NCBI RefSeq assembly: GCF_900167395.1
Contig: NZ_FUWK01000002.1
Span: 126,797-158,796, forward strand
From: Nitrosomonas europaea
GTDB taxonomy: Bacteria; Pseudomonadota; Gammaproteobacteria; Burkholderiales; Nitrosomonadaceae
DNA: 32,000 bases
Reading direction: 5' to 3'
The notes under the pieces were generated by a model. That model saw only the letters and a program-made list of their open reading frames with translations. It made no database searches and was not told the origin of the DNA. The translations under genes were made by a program, and so were the position numbers. Positions 1 through 9,339 of this stretch are shown here, piece after piece. Each line of letters starts with the position of its first letter. The first letter of the stretch is position 1.

Positions 1-483
1 CGCACGATGATTCCTGGCTGGTACGGGTTTGGTACAGCCGTGGAAAATTTCGTGCAGCAAGCCGGGAATGAGCAGGAAGCATTGAAACAACTGCAGGAGA
101 TGTATCGCACCTGGCCTTTTTTGCAAACCCTGCTGTCCAACATGGACATGGTGCTGTCAAAGAGCGATCTGGGTATCGCCTCGCGCTACGCCGAACTGGT
201 AACTGATCCCGAATTACGACAAAGCGTTTTCACCAGCATCCGCACTGAATGGGAGCTTTGTATGAAATGGCTGTTTGCCATTACCGGCTATTCTGAACTT
301 CTGCAGGATAACCCGACTCTGGCGCGCAGCATCCGTATCCGGACACCCTATATCGACCCGCTGAACCACTTGCAAATAGAACTGCTCCGCCGCTATCGCT
401 CGGGAGATGATGACGATACCGTTCGTCGTGCAATTCATCTGACTATCAATGGAGTCGCTACCGGGCTCAGGAACAGCGGTTAA
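1..483 (+). CDS. ppc: Phosphoenolpyruvate carboxylase, C-terminal fragment (5' end lies outside the window)
   Basis: Frame 1 is open from base 1. The C-terminus ...IDPLNHLQIELLRRYR...HLTINGVATGLRNSG* matches the conserved PEPC tail (E. coli ends ...GIAAGMRNTG). Confidence 0.9.
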   Translation, partial: RTMIPGWYGFGTAVENFVQQAGNEQEALKQLQEMYRTWPFLQTLLSNMDMVLSKSDLGIASRYAELVTDPELRQSVFTSIRTEWELCMKWLFAITGYSELLQDNPTLARSIRIRTPYIDPLNHLQIELLRRYRSGDDDDTVRRAIHLTINGVATGLRNSG

Positions 484-736
484 TATTTCCCGGAAACCAC
501 CTGCCTGAATTTCTGTGGTTAAAATAACTGCAACTCACGATAACAGCGGATAATATTTAAGTATAGGATTACTGGCCGGTTACCGGCATTAATTAAACTG
601 TGAATTGCCTGGCTTGCATTCATGCTGGCGTCGTATTTAATCGAACCAGGAAACAGACCGGAAGCCATGAATTGAAGCGTTACTCCTTCAACCGGTTTTT
701 TCCTGAACCTGACTGTCGTCACTACCGGGAGGAATA

Positions 737-2722
737 ATGAAACAAGAGAGTCCTCGATTGGAAAACACCACACCCGTCGAAGAAAAAATGACCCGCTCTC
801 TTCTCGATCACCTCACCCGACTCAAACCAACCCGACTGGTCATTTTCACCTCTGTTTTTTTATCCTGCCTGTTACTTTCGCTCGGTTTCGTTTTTTTACA
901 ACCGGCAACTTATCAGAGCTATGCCACCCTGCTGACCGTTGCCAAAACAGCCATCGATCAGGCAAGCAGGGAAGCCGACATCCAGCATGTTGCCATTCAG
1001 AAACAGGTTCTCCTCGGTTCGGAACTGCTGACCGAAACGGCAGATCGTCTGCGGAAAGGCGACGATGCTGAAGCGGGAATCAATCTGACACACGCTGCCA
1101 TTCGCGACATGCTGGATGTCCGGCCGGTAGACGACACCAATCTGGTCGAAATGGTGGCTGAAGGGAATGAACCCGGGTTACTGCCACGCCTCATCAATAC
1201 CTGGATCGACGTCTATCTGGATGCACGATCAGCAGAAATTGCCCGATCCAAAGGCTCGACGGTAGAAATGATGCAGGAGGAACTGGTTGCGCTGACCGAA
1301 AAGATTCAACAAAAAAGGCTCGAGCTCGAGCAATTCCGACAGCATAACGAAATCGTCTCGACCGAACGGCAGGACAATGAAGCACTGGCACGTCTCAAAG
1401 GACTGACTGATTCGCTGAATAAAGCCAGCGAAGAAGAAGTCAAGGCCAAAGCACGTCTCGACACCATCAGGAAATCGATCGAAAGGGGACAGATCGTCGT
1501 ACCCAATGAAGATACACGCACACTGAGTGCGCTCGAGAGACGTGCACAGGAGTTACGAGAACAACTGGAAGAACTGGATCGGCAATACACCCGTGAATAC
1601 ATGGCTTTATCCCCTGATCTCAAAGTGATTCCGGACAAACTGCGAGCACTCGAAGATGAAATTCAGCACATCCGTCGGAAAGGTCAGACCGTAGTCGTCA
1701 GTGATGCCGAGCAGGAATATGCTGCTGCCCGGCAGGCTACCCGTTCAATCCAGGAACAACTCGACCAGCACAGAAAAAAAGCGGCTGAATTCACAGCCCG
1801 CTTCACCGAACATGATGCATTGAAATCCGATCTGGAAGAACTGGAGCAGCTCTACCGCGATACTCAGGCAAGACTGGCTCAGATCGAGGCGCAACATACC
1901 GGAAAATACCCCTACGTCGATGTCATTGAACGTGCTTTCCTGCCCCATCACCCGATCGGACCGGATTACCTGTGGAACGCCATGATCGCGACACTGGCGT
2001 CTTTGTTGCTGGGCCTGACTGCGATCTGGATCCTTGAATTCCTGATGCACAAGGAGCAGGAAAAACTGGCAATCCATCTATCCGGTATCCATCTTCACAA
2101 TCAGGATAATTTGCCCCACAGTGCCTTCGATGTCCTGCCGTCGACATCAGTCAATCTGCCTCGGCAACCTGCTCAGGCACTCGAACATACCAGTATGAAC
2201 GGGCTCACGCCACAGCAGATCGCCACCCTGTTTCAGACAGCGAACATCCGGGAAAAACAGCTGCTGCTCTTGCTGCTGAGTGGTTTGACGCCGGATGAAA
2301 TCACCCATTTGCAGCAGGATGACATCGATCTTGAACACAATTCACTCACGGTCAGAAGCGTGCCGGCCAGAACGATTCCTCTACATCCTGTCCTGGCCGC
2401 GCTCTACGGTAAATACGGCCACTGTCTGACGGATCCTGCCGGGAATCGTTTGAATCAGGAAGAGCTGGAAGCCTTACTGATCTGCCTGCAGATCGATGCC
2501 GATCTGTCAGCAGATAACCAGATTTCGGCTGAAATATTGCGCCAGACTTATATTCTCTATCTGGTAAGGCAAGGCATTCGCCTCGGTGATCTCGAATCGG
2601 TCACGGGTTATATCTCACCGACAGAACTGTCCGGTTACGGCACTTATGCTCCTGCAGGTACCAGATACCCGGTCGAATCAGTCAATCTGTTCTACCCGAT
2701 CGATTACAAACAGGATGTGTGA
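737..2722 (+). CDS. Polysaccharide co-polymerase (Wzz/GumC/EpsF-like chain-length determinant) with two TM helices, a long periplasmic coiled coil, and a degenerate tyrosine-recombinase-like C-terminal domain
   Basis: GGGAGG RBS lies 5 nt upstream of the ATG. TM1 is VIFTSVFLSCLLLSLGFVFL. About 330 aa are coiled-coil rich in E/R/Q/L. TM2 is AMIATLASLLLGLTAIWILEFL. The C-terminal 170 aa resemble an integrase catalytic fold (SGLTPDEITHLQQDDIDLEHNSLTV...RTIPLHP...LRQTY...GY). Confidence 0.6.
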   Translation: MKQESPRLENTTPVEEKMTRSLLDHLTRLKPTRLVIFTSVFLSCLLLSLGFVFLQPATYQSYATLLTVAKTAIDQASREADIQHVAIQKQVLLGSELLTETADRLRKGDDAEAGINLTHAAIRDMLDVRPVDDTNLVEMVAEGNEPGLLPRLINTWIDVYLDARSAEIARSKGSTVEMMQEELVALTEKIQQKRLELEQFRQHNEIVSTERQDNEALARLKGLTDSLNKASEEEVKAKARLDTIRKSIERGQIVVPNEDTRTLSALERRAQELREQLEELDRQYTREYMALSPDLKVIPDKLRALEDEIQHIRRKGQTVVVSDAEQEYAAARQATRSIQEQLDQHRKKAAEFTARFTEHDALKSDLEELEQLYRDTQARLAQIEAQHTGKYPYVDVIERAFLPHHPIGPDYLWNAMIATLASLLLGLTAIWILEFLMHKEQEKLAIHLSGIHLHNQDNLPHSAFDVLPSTSVNLPRQPAQALEHTSMNGLTPQQIATLFQTANIREKQLLLLLLSGLTPDEITHLQQDDIDLEHNSLTVRSVPARTIPLHPVLAALYGKYGHCLTDPAGNRLNQEELEALLICLQIDADLSADNQISAEILRQTYILYLVRQGIRLGDLESVTGYISPTELSGYGTYAPAGTRYPVESVNLFYPIDYKQDV

Positions 2723-2741
2723 CAGGCCTCGTAACGTAATT

Positions 2742-4178
2742 CTATAACGCTGGATTTTTCAACAACGCATCGATCAGTCTTTTTTCGATCGAGCTGTACT
2801 GCCGGGTATCGTCCGTATGCAGTCCTGGTGATCTGCCCCAGGCTGGGTTCTGCCTGAGCATATCGATGATCTGCTGCCAGCCGTCCGGCAGCTCACCACG
2901 CTCCGGCTGCTGACTTACCTGATCGGTATGACAGGCAGCGTGCCCCCGGTTCATCAGTTTATCCAGCAGTTGGCGCTGGCGCAGATACAGCAACTGCAAG
3001 GTGCTGTCATCTACACATAACCACCGGGTACCCCGGATTTTCGCCTGAATCTCCTTGCCGTAACGTCTGAATGTAGACCAGCCGGTTCCGGCAAGTGCGC
3101 CCAGCATGCTGGCAACCCCAAGACTCAATCCTCCTGTCATCAGATCGATTCCTGCTCCAGCAGCAGCCCCCTTGAGTGCCGCACTGCCGATATCCAGACC
3201 ATAGGCTTTCAGTACACCGGGTGCAAACAGATCAAGCTGCCAGTAGCCATTCTGTACCGGGATCTTTTGCAGTTCGATATCCTTATCCGTGAAATTGAAC
3301 ATCTTCAGCAAATCAACCAGACAGTGCTGCTCTGCCTGACGGATGAAATCCTGCAATCTGATCGCTGCAGATGAAGTATCACCAGCCGAACTGCGTTCAT
3401 CACCCGTATGCTCCCGGTAACACGCCGTAGTAATGATCAAGCCGGCAATCCGCCTGGCGGCAGACATGCAAAGCTGATTCCAGACTCTGGCACGGTGGTC
3501 GATCAGACGTTGCAGGCGGGTATAGTGCACTTCCAGCAGGCTTTGTATTTTCTGGTACAGGCGCTTTTCCGCTTCAAAGGCAAATGCCACGGTATCCAGT
3601 TCAAGCGAGGCGTATATGTTGAACGCCGCCAGCTTTTTTCTCCACAGATCGAGCTCGGCCCGATGCGCCGCAGTAAAATTGAATATCGGGATCATCGGCT
3701 TCATTGCCTTGCCGAGTATCTCGATTTCGATGAGATATTTTTCCAGCACCGGCTCACGCACGTCGATCACATATAACAGCACATCACTACGCAACACCTG
3801 CCGGATAACCTTGGCTTCCTGTTCCAGCGGATCGTTGAGAGGCGTCGCAGCAACAAATTTTTCCAGCAGTTCACTTTGCGTGCTGCGCTTGTTTCTGGTC
3901 GCAATCAGATGGAGTTTGTCCTGCAGTGCATAGACATCTTCGATTCCGGGTGTATCGTGCAAATTGAGCACCGCTTCACTTCCGGCAAAAATGGTAGCCC
4001 GTTCGACATGACGGGTCGTCCCCGCTGCATCATCCACTCTGCCAAAGCTGGTACTGCGCAGCAAAGTACGAATCAGCGAGGTTTTTCCGGTATTGGTATG
4101 GCCAACGACAGCAATCTCCAGCAGCGGTGCTTCCTGCATCGAGACTGTCCCGACAGATTTCATATCAGTATGCATCAT
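2742..4178 (-). CDS. P-loop GTPase with a DUF3482-type C-terminal domain and a glycine-zipper membrane segment
   Basis: G1 motif is VVGHTNTGKTSL and G3 is LHDTPG. The C-terminal region GAAAGAGIDLMTGGLSLGVASMLGALAGTG is a glycine-zipper hydrophobic segment. The start overlaps the upstream gene's stop (TGATG). Confidence 0.75.
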   Translation of the reverse strand: MMHTDMKSVGTVSMQEAPLLEIAVVGHTNTGKTSLIRTLLRSTSFGRVDDAAGTTRHVERATIFAGSEAVLNLHDTPGIEDVYALQDKLHLIATRNKRSTQSELLEKFVAATPLNDPLEQEAKVIRQVLRSDVLLYVIDVREPVLEKYLIEIEILGKAMKPMIPIFNFTAAHRAELDLWRKKLAAFNIYASLELDTVAFAFEAEKRLYQKIQSLLEVHYTRLQRLIDHRARVWNQLCMSAARRIAGLIITTACYREHTGDERSSAGDTSSAAIRLQDFIRQAEQHCLVDLLKMFNFTDKDIELQKIPVQNGYWQLDLFAPGVLKAYGLDIGSAALKGAAAGAGIDLMTGGLSLGVASMLGALAGTGWSTFRRYGKEIQAKIRGTRWLCVDDSTLQLLYLRQRQLLDKLMNRGHAACHTDQVSQQPERGELPDGWQQIIDMLRQNPAWGRSPGLHTDDTRQYSSIEKRLIDALLKNPAL

Positions 4179-5572
4179 CAGGAAAGGATATGTTCGGCTG
4201 GAATCGCACAGGTTTGTGCCAGCCGGTACCAGGCCTGTCTGCGTGATTCCGCCACCGGAATTGCAGGGCTGCTTTGCAACAATATCAACCAGATCTGACC
4301 GGATACCAGTGTTGCAAGCTCTCTTACCATCCGCTGCACTCCACGATCAGGCAACCGATGTGCCGCCACGCCAATGACTAACGCTCCTTTGGATTTTTTG
4401 AGCATTTCCGAGACCCGGGCAAATGTTTTCTGATCCGCCACATTTTCCTGGCAAACCAATCCTTCCGGCCAGATGGCATGGCTGTCCAGTTCGACACCGA
4501 TCACCAATGCATTTTCGGGAAAACGACGACTGTGTTTCGCACGGGTAATCGGTTCCAGCGATTCTTTTGCCATTCCGGGATCGCGGTCGATCACACTGGT
4601 CACGAATTCTTTTGCGATCAGGCTCTGCCGCAGGGTGACGTAGTAAGGCAGGTATAAATCCAGTTTGTAGCGATACTCGGACAGCTTCAACATGAAAAAG
4701 GCAAGCAGCATCAGGATCAGCCGGGGCAGCAATCCATATACGATCAGTGCTCCCACCAGAAATTCCGCCCAGGCGCTTCTGATGACTGAATCCTGCACAC
4801 CTGCCCCGATCCGGCTGGCTGCGATCTGCTGGCCGTCAGGAACAGCGAGGCCAATATGCTGCATGGGAACACCCAACAGACGAGTCAGCTCTGGCAGGCT
4901 GTTTTCCGGCAGCAATGTCGTCCCCCAGACGAAATCGTACTGTTTTGCCAGCATCAGCAGAATCAGCACGCCCATCCCTGCAAGCAGATAAACCAGCCAG
5001 AACTGATGAGTCAACATGCTGATTCGCCACCGGCCCACCCTGCCGGACAGGCAGGTTTCCCACCAGGCACGTGCAGCAAACGTACCAGTGGAGTCACTCT
5101 CTCTTTTCTTGAGCTGAAAAGGCAGCCAGCAGGCCAGTTGCGCAGCAATGCCCGAGCTCAATCCCTGAACACTCAGCAAAATCCCGGCACACCACAGCAA
5201 CATCGACAGGAAATTGAACCCAAGCAACACGACCAGCAACCAGTAAATATTCAGCGTCGAAGATTCGCTGGCTGCATTGACCGCGGCCAACCCTCCGAGA
5301 ACCGCCGCCAGCAGCAGAATGATTCTGCTTGCACGTATGAACAGCTTCTCCGGCTGCTGGAGCACCTCGTCCAGATGATTGTCATGAACCAGATGATGAG
5401 CGCGATCCAGTAATCTTTCCAGAAAAGCAGCGTAACTGAAACCGGAAGCAGGGTACGCTTCCATACTCGCAATACCGGCGTAAGAAAGTGCCTGAGGCTG
5501 GCCTGTTTCAATATGCCGCAATTGTTCCAGTCGAACCAGATCATTGAAATCGTGGTTTTTTAATGCCATCAC
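4178..5572 (-). CDS. Polytopic membrane protein, DUF2868-like, partner of the downstream GTPase
   Basis: 464-aa ORF with several hydrophobic helices (LLLAAVLGGLAAV, IYWLLVVLLGFNFLSMLLWCAGILL, FWLVYLLAGMGVLILLML, LVGALIVYGLLPRLILMLLAFFML). One-nucleotide stop/start overlap with the GTPase gene. The family name comes from memory of the conserved DUF2868/DUF3482 gene pair. Confidence 0.6.
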   Translation of the reverse strand: MMALKNHDFNDLVRLEQLRHIETGQPQALSYAGIASMEAYPASGFSYAAFLERLLDRAHHLVHDNHLDEVLQQPEKLFIRASRIILLLAAVLGGLAAVNAASESSTLNIYWLLVVLLGFNFLSMLLWCAGILLSVQGLSSGIAAQLACWLPFQLKKRESDSTGTFAARAWWETCLSGRVGRWRISMLTHQFWLVYLLAGMGVLILLMLAKQYDFVWGTTLLPENSLPELTRLLGVPMQHIGLAVPDGQQIAASRIGAGVQDSVIRSAWAEFLVGALIVYGLLPRLILMLLAFFMLKLSEYRYKLDLYLPYYVTLRQSLIAKEFVTSVIDRDPGMAKESLEPITRAKHSRRFPENALVIGVELDSHAIWPEGLVCQENVADQKTFARVSEMLKKSKGALVIGVAAHRLPDRGVQRMVRELATLVSGQIWLILLQSSPAIPVAESRRQAWYRLAQTCAIPAEHILS

Positions 5573-5840
5573 TATCGATATCTAAACAGAAAAATAAAAA
5601 TGAGATCACCTCGCCATAACCCGGGCGACCTGGAAAACCTGTCACCAGCCGATGAGGCAAGCAGCATAAACGGCCGGAATACGATAATGGAAAACGGTTA
5701 TCTCACTTCGGAATATCGTAATACAACCTGATCCCCGTAAAAACTTGGAAAACCGTACAATCCACGCTCTATCGAACAAAACAGAGTATCCGCAAGAGGA
5801 CAGTAAAGTCCGTTCATTTATTTCAGGAAGGATGTCATCA

Positions 5841-6551
5841 ATGAAACCCGTCGCAATTCTCAGGTTTTTCCCGATCGAAGGGCCCGGCTATTTTGCCACA
5901 TTTCTCAACCACCATCACATACCATGGCAACTGATCTGTCTGGATGAAGGAACGCCTCCGCCGAAAAATATGAACAAATACAGCGGCCTGGTATTGATGG
6001 GCGGGCCGATGAGCGTACATGATGATCTACCCTGGATCGGCTCGGTACTGTCACTCATCAGGCAAGCGACAAGTACCGATATTCCGGTACTGGGCCACTG
6101 CCTGGGTGGGCAGCTTTTATCAACCGCTCTGGGAGGTGTGGTAACAAACAATCCGATCAAGGAACTGGGCTGGGGACGCGTGGATGTCACTTCTTCATCC
6201 ATCGCGCATGACTGGTTTGGTACTGATCTCACGGAATTCGATGCCTTTCACTGGCACGGCGAAACTTTCAGCATACCGGCAAACGCAGTCAGGCTGCTAT
6301 CCAGCCCTTACTGCCCCAATCAGGCCTTTGCCCTGGGGATTCACCTGGGCCTGCAGTGTCATATCGAAATGACCGCCGAGATGGTAAAAATATGGTGTGA
6401 GGCAAATGCTGCCGAGCTGGTACAAAGCCGGGAAAGTCCCGCTGTCAGCAGCAGTGAAGAGATTCAGGCGAATCTCGATGACCGCATTGCTGCACTGCAA
6501 TCAATCGCAGATCGCCTGTACAAAAAATGGATTAAGGCATTGAAAAACTGA
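5841..6551 (+). CDS. Class-I glutamine amidotransferase (GATase1, GuaA-N-like)
   Basis: Nucleophile elbow GHCLGGQLL and catalytic His-Glu in LQCHIEM. AGGAAGG RBS lies 9 nt upstream of the ATG at 5841. The TTG at 5745 in the ORF track looks like an over-extension. Confidence 0.8.
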   Translation: MKPVAILRFFPIEGPGYFATFLNHHHIPWQLICLDEGTPPPKNMNKYSGLVLMGGPMSVHDDLPWIGSVLSLIRQATSTDIPVLGHCLGGQLLSTALGGVVTNNPIKELGWGRVDVTSSSIAHDWFGTDLTEFDAFHWHGETFSIPANAVRLLSSPYCPNQAFALGIHLGLQCHIEMTAEMVKIWCEANAAELVQSRESPAVSSSEEIQANLDDRIAALQSIADRLYKKWIKALKN

Positions 6552-6607
6552 TGGTCGCCACCAACACGCAACCATCAGCCCAAGGCATGTTCATGATTCG
6601 TACCGGT

Positions 6608-7462
6608 TCAGATGGCGATCTCGGCTCGCATTTTCTTCATGGCTTTTGCTTCGATCTGACGCACACGCTCAGCAGAAACGCCCAGCTCATCAGCCAGCTC
6701 ATGCAAGGTGGCAGCCTTGTCTTCCCGCAGCCAGCGTGCCTCGATGATACGGCGGCTGCGTTCATCCAGACTGTCCAGCGAATTTTTCAGCCGGGCGTGT
6801 GTCAGTCGCTCCAACTGCTCTTTTTCCAGCTCCCTGGAGGGATCGGATCCATCCGTCAGCCAGGCAATCGGGCTGAAATCATCTTCATCACTGTCCGTCA
6901 CCGGTTCCAGTGAAATATCCCGGCCGCTGAAACGTGTTTCCATCTCGACGACTTCCTCAGCTTTGACACCCAACTGTTCCGCCATCGAAGCCACTTCAGC
7001 CTGGCTCATCGTATCCAGCCCTTTTTTCATGCTGCGCAGATTGAAAAAAAGCTTTCTCTGCTGTTTGGTCGTGGCGATCTTGACCAGCCGCCAGTTACGC
7101 ATGATGAATTCATGAATTTCCGCCCTGATCCAGTGAATCGCAAAGGAAATCAGCCGGACACCCCGTTCAGGGTCAAACCGTCTGACAGCCTTCATCAGGC
7201 CGATATTACCCTCCTGTATCAAGTCAGCATGCGGCAGCCCATATCCCAGATAACCGCGTGCAATGGTAACCACCACGCGTAAATGGGAAAGCACCAGCTG
7301 ATGCGCTGCATTGACGTCACCCTCTTCTCGCATACGTTTAGCCAGGGAAGCTTCCTCTTCCCGGGATAAGACAGGAAAGCTGCTGGTCGCACGAATATAG
7401 CTGTCCAGATCACCGCCTGCCATCACCGGTAAAGCCATAATCTCATTCATGATTTTCTCCAT
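6608..7462 (-). CDS. rpoH: RNA polymerase sigma-32 (heat-shock sigma factor)
   Basis: Sigma-70 region 2 (DLIQEGNIGLMKAVRRFDP) and the diagnostic RpoH box (TTKQQRKLFFNLRSMKK). Region 4 HTH is TLHELADELGVSAERVRQIE. An alternative start at 7450 is preceded by GGAG. Confidence 0.93.
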   Translation of the reverse strand: MEKIMNEIMALPVMAGGDLDSYIRATSSFPVLSREEEASLAKRMREEGDVNAAHQLVLSHLRVVVTIARGYLGYGLPHADLIQEGNIGLMKAVRRFDPERGVRLISFAIHWIRAEIHEFIMRNWRLVKIATTKQQRKLFFNLRSMKKGLDTMSQAEVASMAEQLGVKAEEVVEMETRFSGRDISLEPVTDSDEDDFSPIAWLTDGSDPSRELEKEQLERLTHARLKNSLDSLDERSRRIIEARWLREDKAATLHELADELGVSAERVRQIEAKAMKKMRAEIAI

Positions 7463-7509
7463 TGATTTTCAGAATGTACTTGCGTGATTTGAAGCGAATA
7501 GACATATCC

Positions 7510-7534
7510 TAGCACTCTTAGTTCATGAGTGCTA
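7510..7534 (-). promoter_or_regulatory. Perfect 8-bp inverted repeat (TAGCACTC-N9-GAGTGCTA) in the rpoH upstream/leader region
   Basis: Read directly from the sequence. It lies 48-72 nt upstream of the rpoH ATG at 7462. Function unknown. Confidence 0.25.
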
Positions 7535-7736
7535 ATTTCATCAGTACCTGATTATCCCTCTTAACCGCATATTCACGCTGCTGCTCAATCAAAACAATCT
7601 CTCATATATTAAATTCAGATAAAGAAATCATTATTTATTATTTTTATAAATAAGAGATTATTGTTATCTTTGCTTCGCTCGAACGACGTCGAGAGCCATA
7701 AACCAATAAACCTACAACTATAAAACAGAGGCATAA

Positions 7737-9311
7737 ATGAAACACCGTACATGGATATGGCTTTATCTGATTACTCTCCCATCGCTGACAAACATGGTTC
7801 ATGCAAAAGAAACGCTTCCAGACAACCAGAATGGCCAGACAACAGCAGTCGATTCCGGTTCTGCAGCATCCAAGGAAGTAATTATACAAACTGCGGCCAA
7901 CCAGCAAACTGAATCGACCAAACCAACATTCATCGCTGGTAATGCACCCTCCAGTTTCTACCAGCGCGCGCGCAGTTACAGCACCCACCCGGAATCCGAT
8001 CCGCCCCGTTATGTTCGCACGCTGTCCAAAACGGGGATCGACGCTTTCAAAAATCTTTACTGGCTGGATGTCGGGTTGGATTACCGCGTACGTTATGAAC
8101 ATCGCCACAATGATATCCGGCGCTCACGTATCACCACGGATGACCCTGTTCTCCTGCGAACACGGGCTTATCTGGGTATCAAAGAAATCCTGGATCCTCT
8201 GCGCTTCGTCGTCGAATTTGAAGATGCACGCCGCTATAACGGTAAATTCCCTAAAGATAACCGCGACTGGAATGAATTCGAACTGATCCAGACCTATGGC
8301 GAACTCTATTTCAAAGATGCGCTGGGGCGAGATGACCTGGGTAATTATCGTCCTGTCAGAATCCGGGGTGGTCGCATGGCATGGGAAACGCTGGATCGGC
8401 GCTTACTGGGTAGTAATCAATGGCGCAACACTACCAATAATTTTGAAGGCTTCCGCGTTACACTCGGCCAGGAATCGAATGACTGGGAGTTCGATGCATG
8501 GGGAGTGCAACCGGTCATAAGACTGATAGACAAATTTGACCGGCGCGACAAAGGCCAGTGGTTTTATGGCGCAATCGGACATTTTCGTCAATGGTCAAAA
8601 ATAATCACCATTCAACCCTACTATATGGGGTTAATACAGGATGACGATGGTGGAACACGAGTCAAACGTGAAATCCACTCTCCTGCCATACGAGCCTATG
8701 GTGTTGTGCCCAACACTGAAGTCGATTTCGATCTCGGTGCCATTTATCAATTTGGCCGTGACGGTGGACAGAAAAAATCAGCACATGCCTATCTGCTCGA
8801 ATTCGGCTATACCTTCCAGCAGGCTGCCTGGAAGCCCCGCGTCAGTGCCTTTTACGGTTATGTAAGTGGTGATCGTGATCCTAACGATCGCACAAACAAC
8901 CGTTTTGAAAGATTCTTCGGTTTTGCACGCCCCTGGTCAGCTGATGACTACATCATTATGGAAAACATCCAGGCACCGAAAATCAAGGTAGAGTTCCAGC
9001 CACATCCCGACTTACAAATCGACGGAGGCTATAACGGCTTCTGGCTCGCCAGTAAGACTGACCGTTTCAACAACCTTCTCAACGGCAGTGGAAATAACCG
9101 TGATCGCAGCGGGAACAGTGGCAGCTTTATCGGGCATTCAGCCGATATTCGCGCCCGTTACAAGCTGACACCTCATATCAGTACCACACTAGGCTATTCA
9201 CACTGGTTCAACGGCGGATTCATAAAAAACCAGCAGTTGGCGGAACTGGGAGAAACCACTGCCGGGACGGATTTTTTCTATGTTGAAGTCGCTATCAGCG
9301 CATTCAAATAA
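7737..9311 (+). CDS. Outer-membrane porin of the alginate-export (AlgE-like) beta-barrel family. It is the first gene of the sulfate-uptake block.
   Basis: Signal peptide [23 protein letters not shown]. Motifs DYRVRYEHR and [10 protein letters not shown]...[10 protein letters not shown] are typical of the Alginate_exp family as I recall it. Alternating beta-strand pattern with an aromatic C-terminus (...VAISAFK). Confidence 0.65.
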   Translation: MKHRTWIWLYLITLPSLTNMVHAKETLPDNQNGQTTAVDSGSAASKEVIIQTAANQQTESTKPTFIAGNAPSSFYQRARSYSTHPESDPPRYVRTLSKTGIDAFKNLYWLDVGLDYRVRYEHRHNDIRRSRITTDDPVLLRTRAYLGIKEILDPLRFVVEFEDARRYNGKFPKDNRDWNEFELIQTYGELYFKDALGRDDLGNYRPVRIRGGRMAWETLDRRLLGSNQWRNTTNNFEGFRVTLGQESNDWEFDAWGVQPVIRLIDKFDRRDKGQWFYGAIGHFRQWSKIITIQPYYMGLIQDDDGGTRVKREIHSPAIRAYGVVPNTEVDFDLGAIYQFGRDGGQKKSAHAYLLEFGYTFQQAAWKPRVSAFYGYVSGDRDPNDRTNNRFERFFGFARPWSADDYIIMENIQAPKIKVEFQPHPDLQIDGGYNGFWLASKTDRFNNLLNGSGNNRDRSGNSGSFIGHSADIRARYKLTPHISTTLGYSHWFNGGFIKNQQLAELGETTAGTDFFYVEVAISAFK

Positions 9312-9339
9312 CATCAACTTATCTATAAAAGGGAATCAA

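Noticed and set aside
519-773. An 84-aa minus-strand ORF in the ppc/Wzz-like intergenic region
   Set aside because: It has no RBS and no recognisable motif, and it overlaps the RBS and start of the plus-strand gene at 737.
4856-5413. A 185-aa plus-strand ORF
   Set aside because: Antisense to the DUF2868 membrane-protein gene. It is a Q/P/R-rich low-complexity translation.
5745-5840. N-terminal over-extensions in the ORF track: TTG 5745 for the GATase, 9280 for sbp, 27675 for the large copper protein, 23220 for the peptidase
   Set aside because: In each case an internal ATG with a better-placed Shine-Dalgarno sequence, a proper signal peptide, or both gives a more plausible start (5841, 9340, 27720, 23169).
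6551-7115. Plus-strand ORFs of 120 aa (6551-6913) and 135 aa (6708-7115)
   Set aside because: Antisense to rpoH. Ser/Leu-rich shadow frames.
7644-8108. A 154-aa minus-strand ORF spanning the rpoH/porin intergenic region and the porin 5' end
   Set aside because: It overlaps the well-supported porin start and signal peptide. The product is Cys-rich and improbable, with no RBS.
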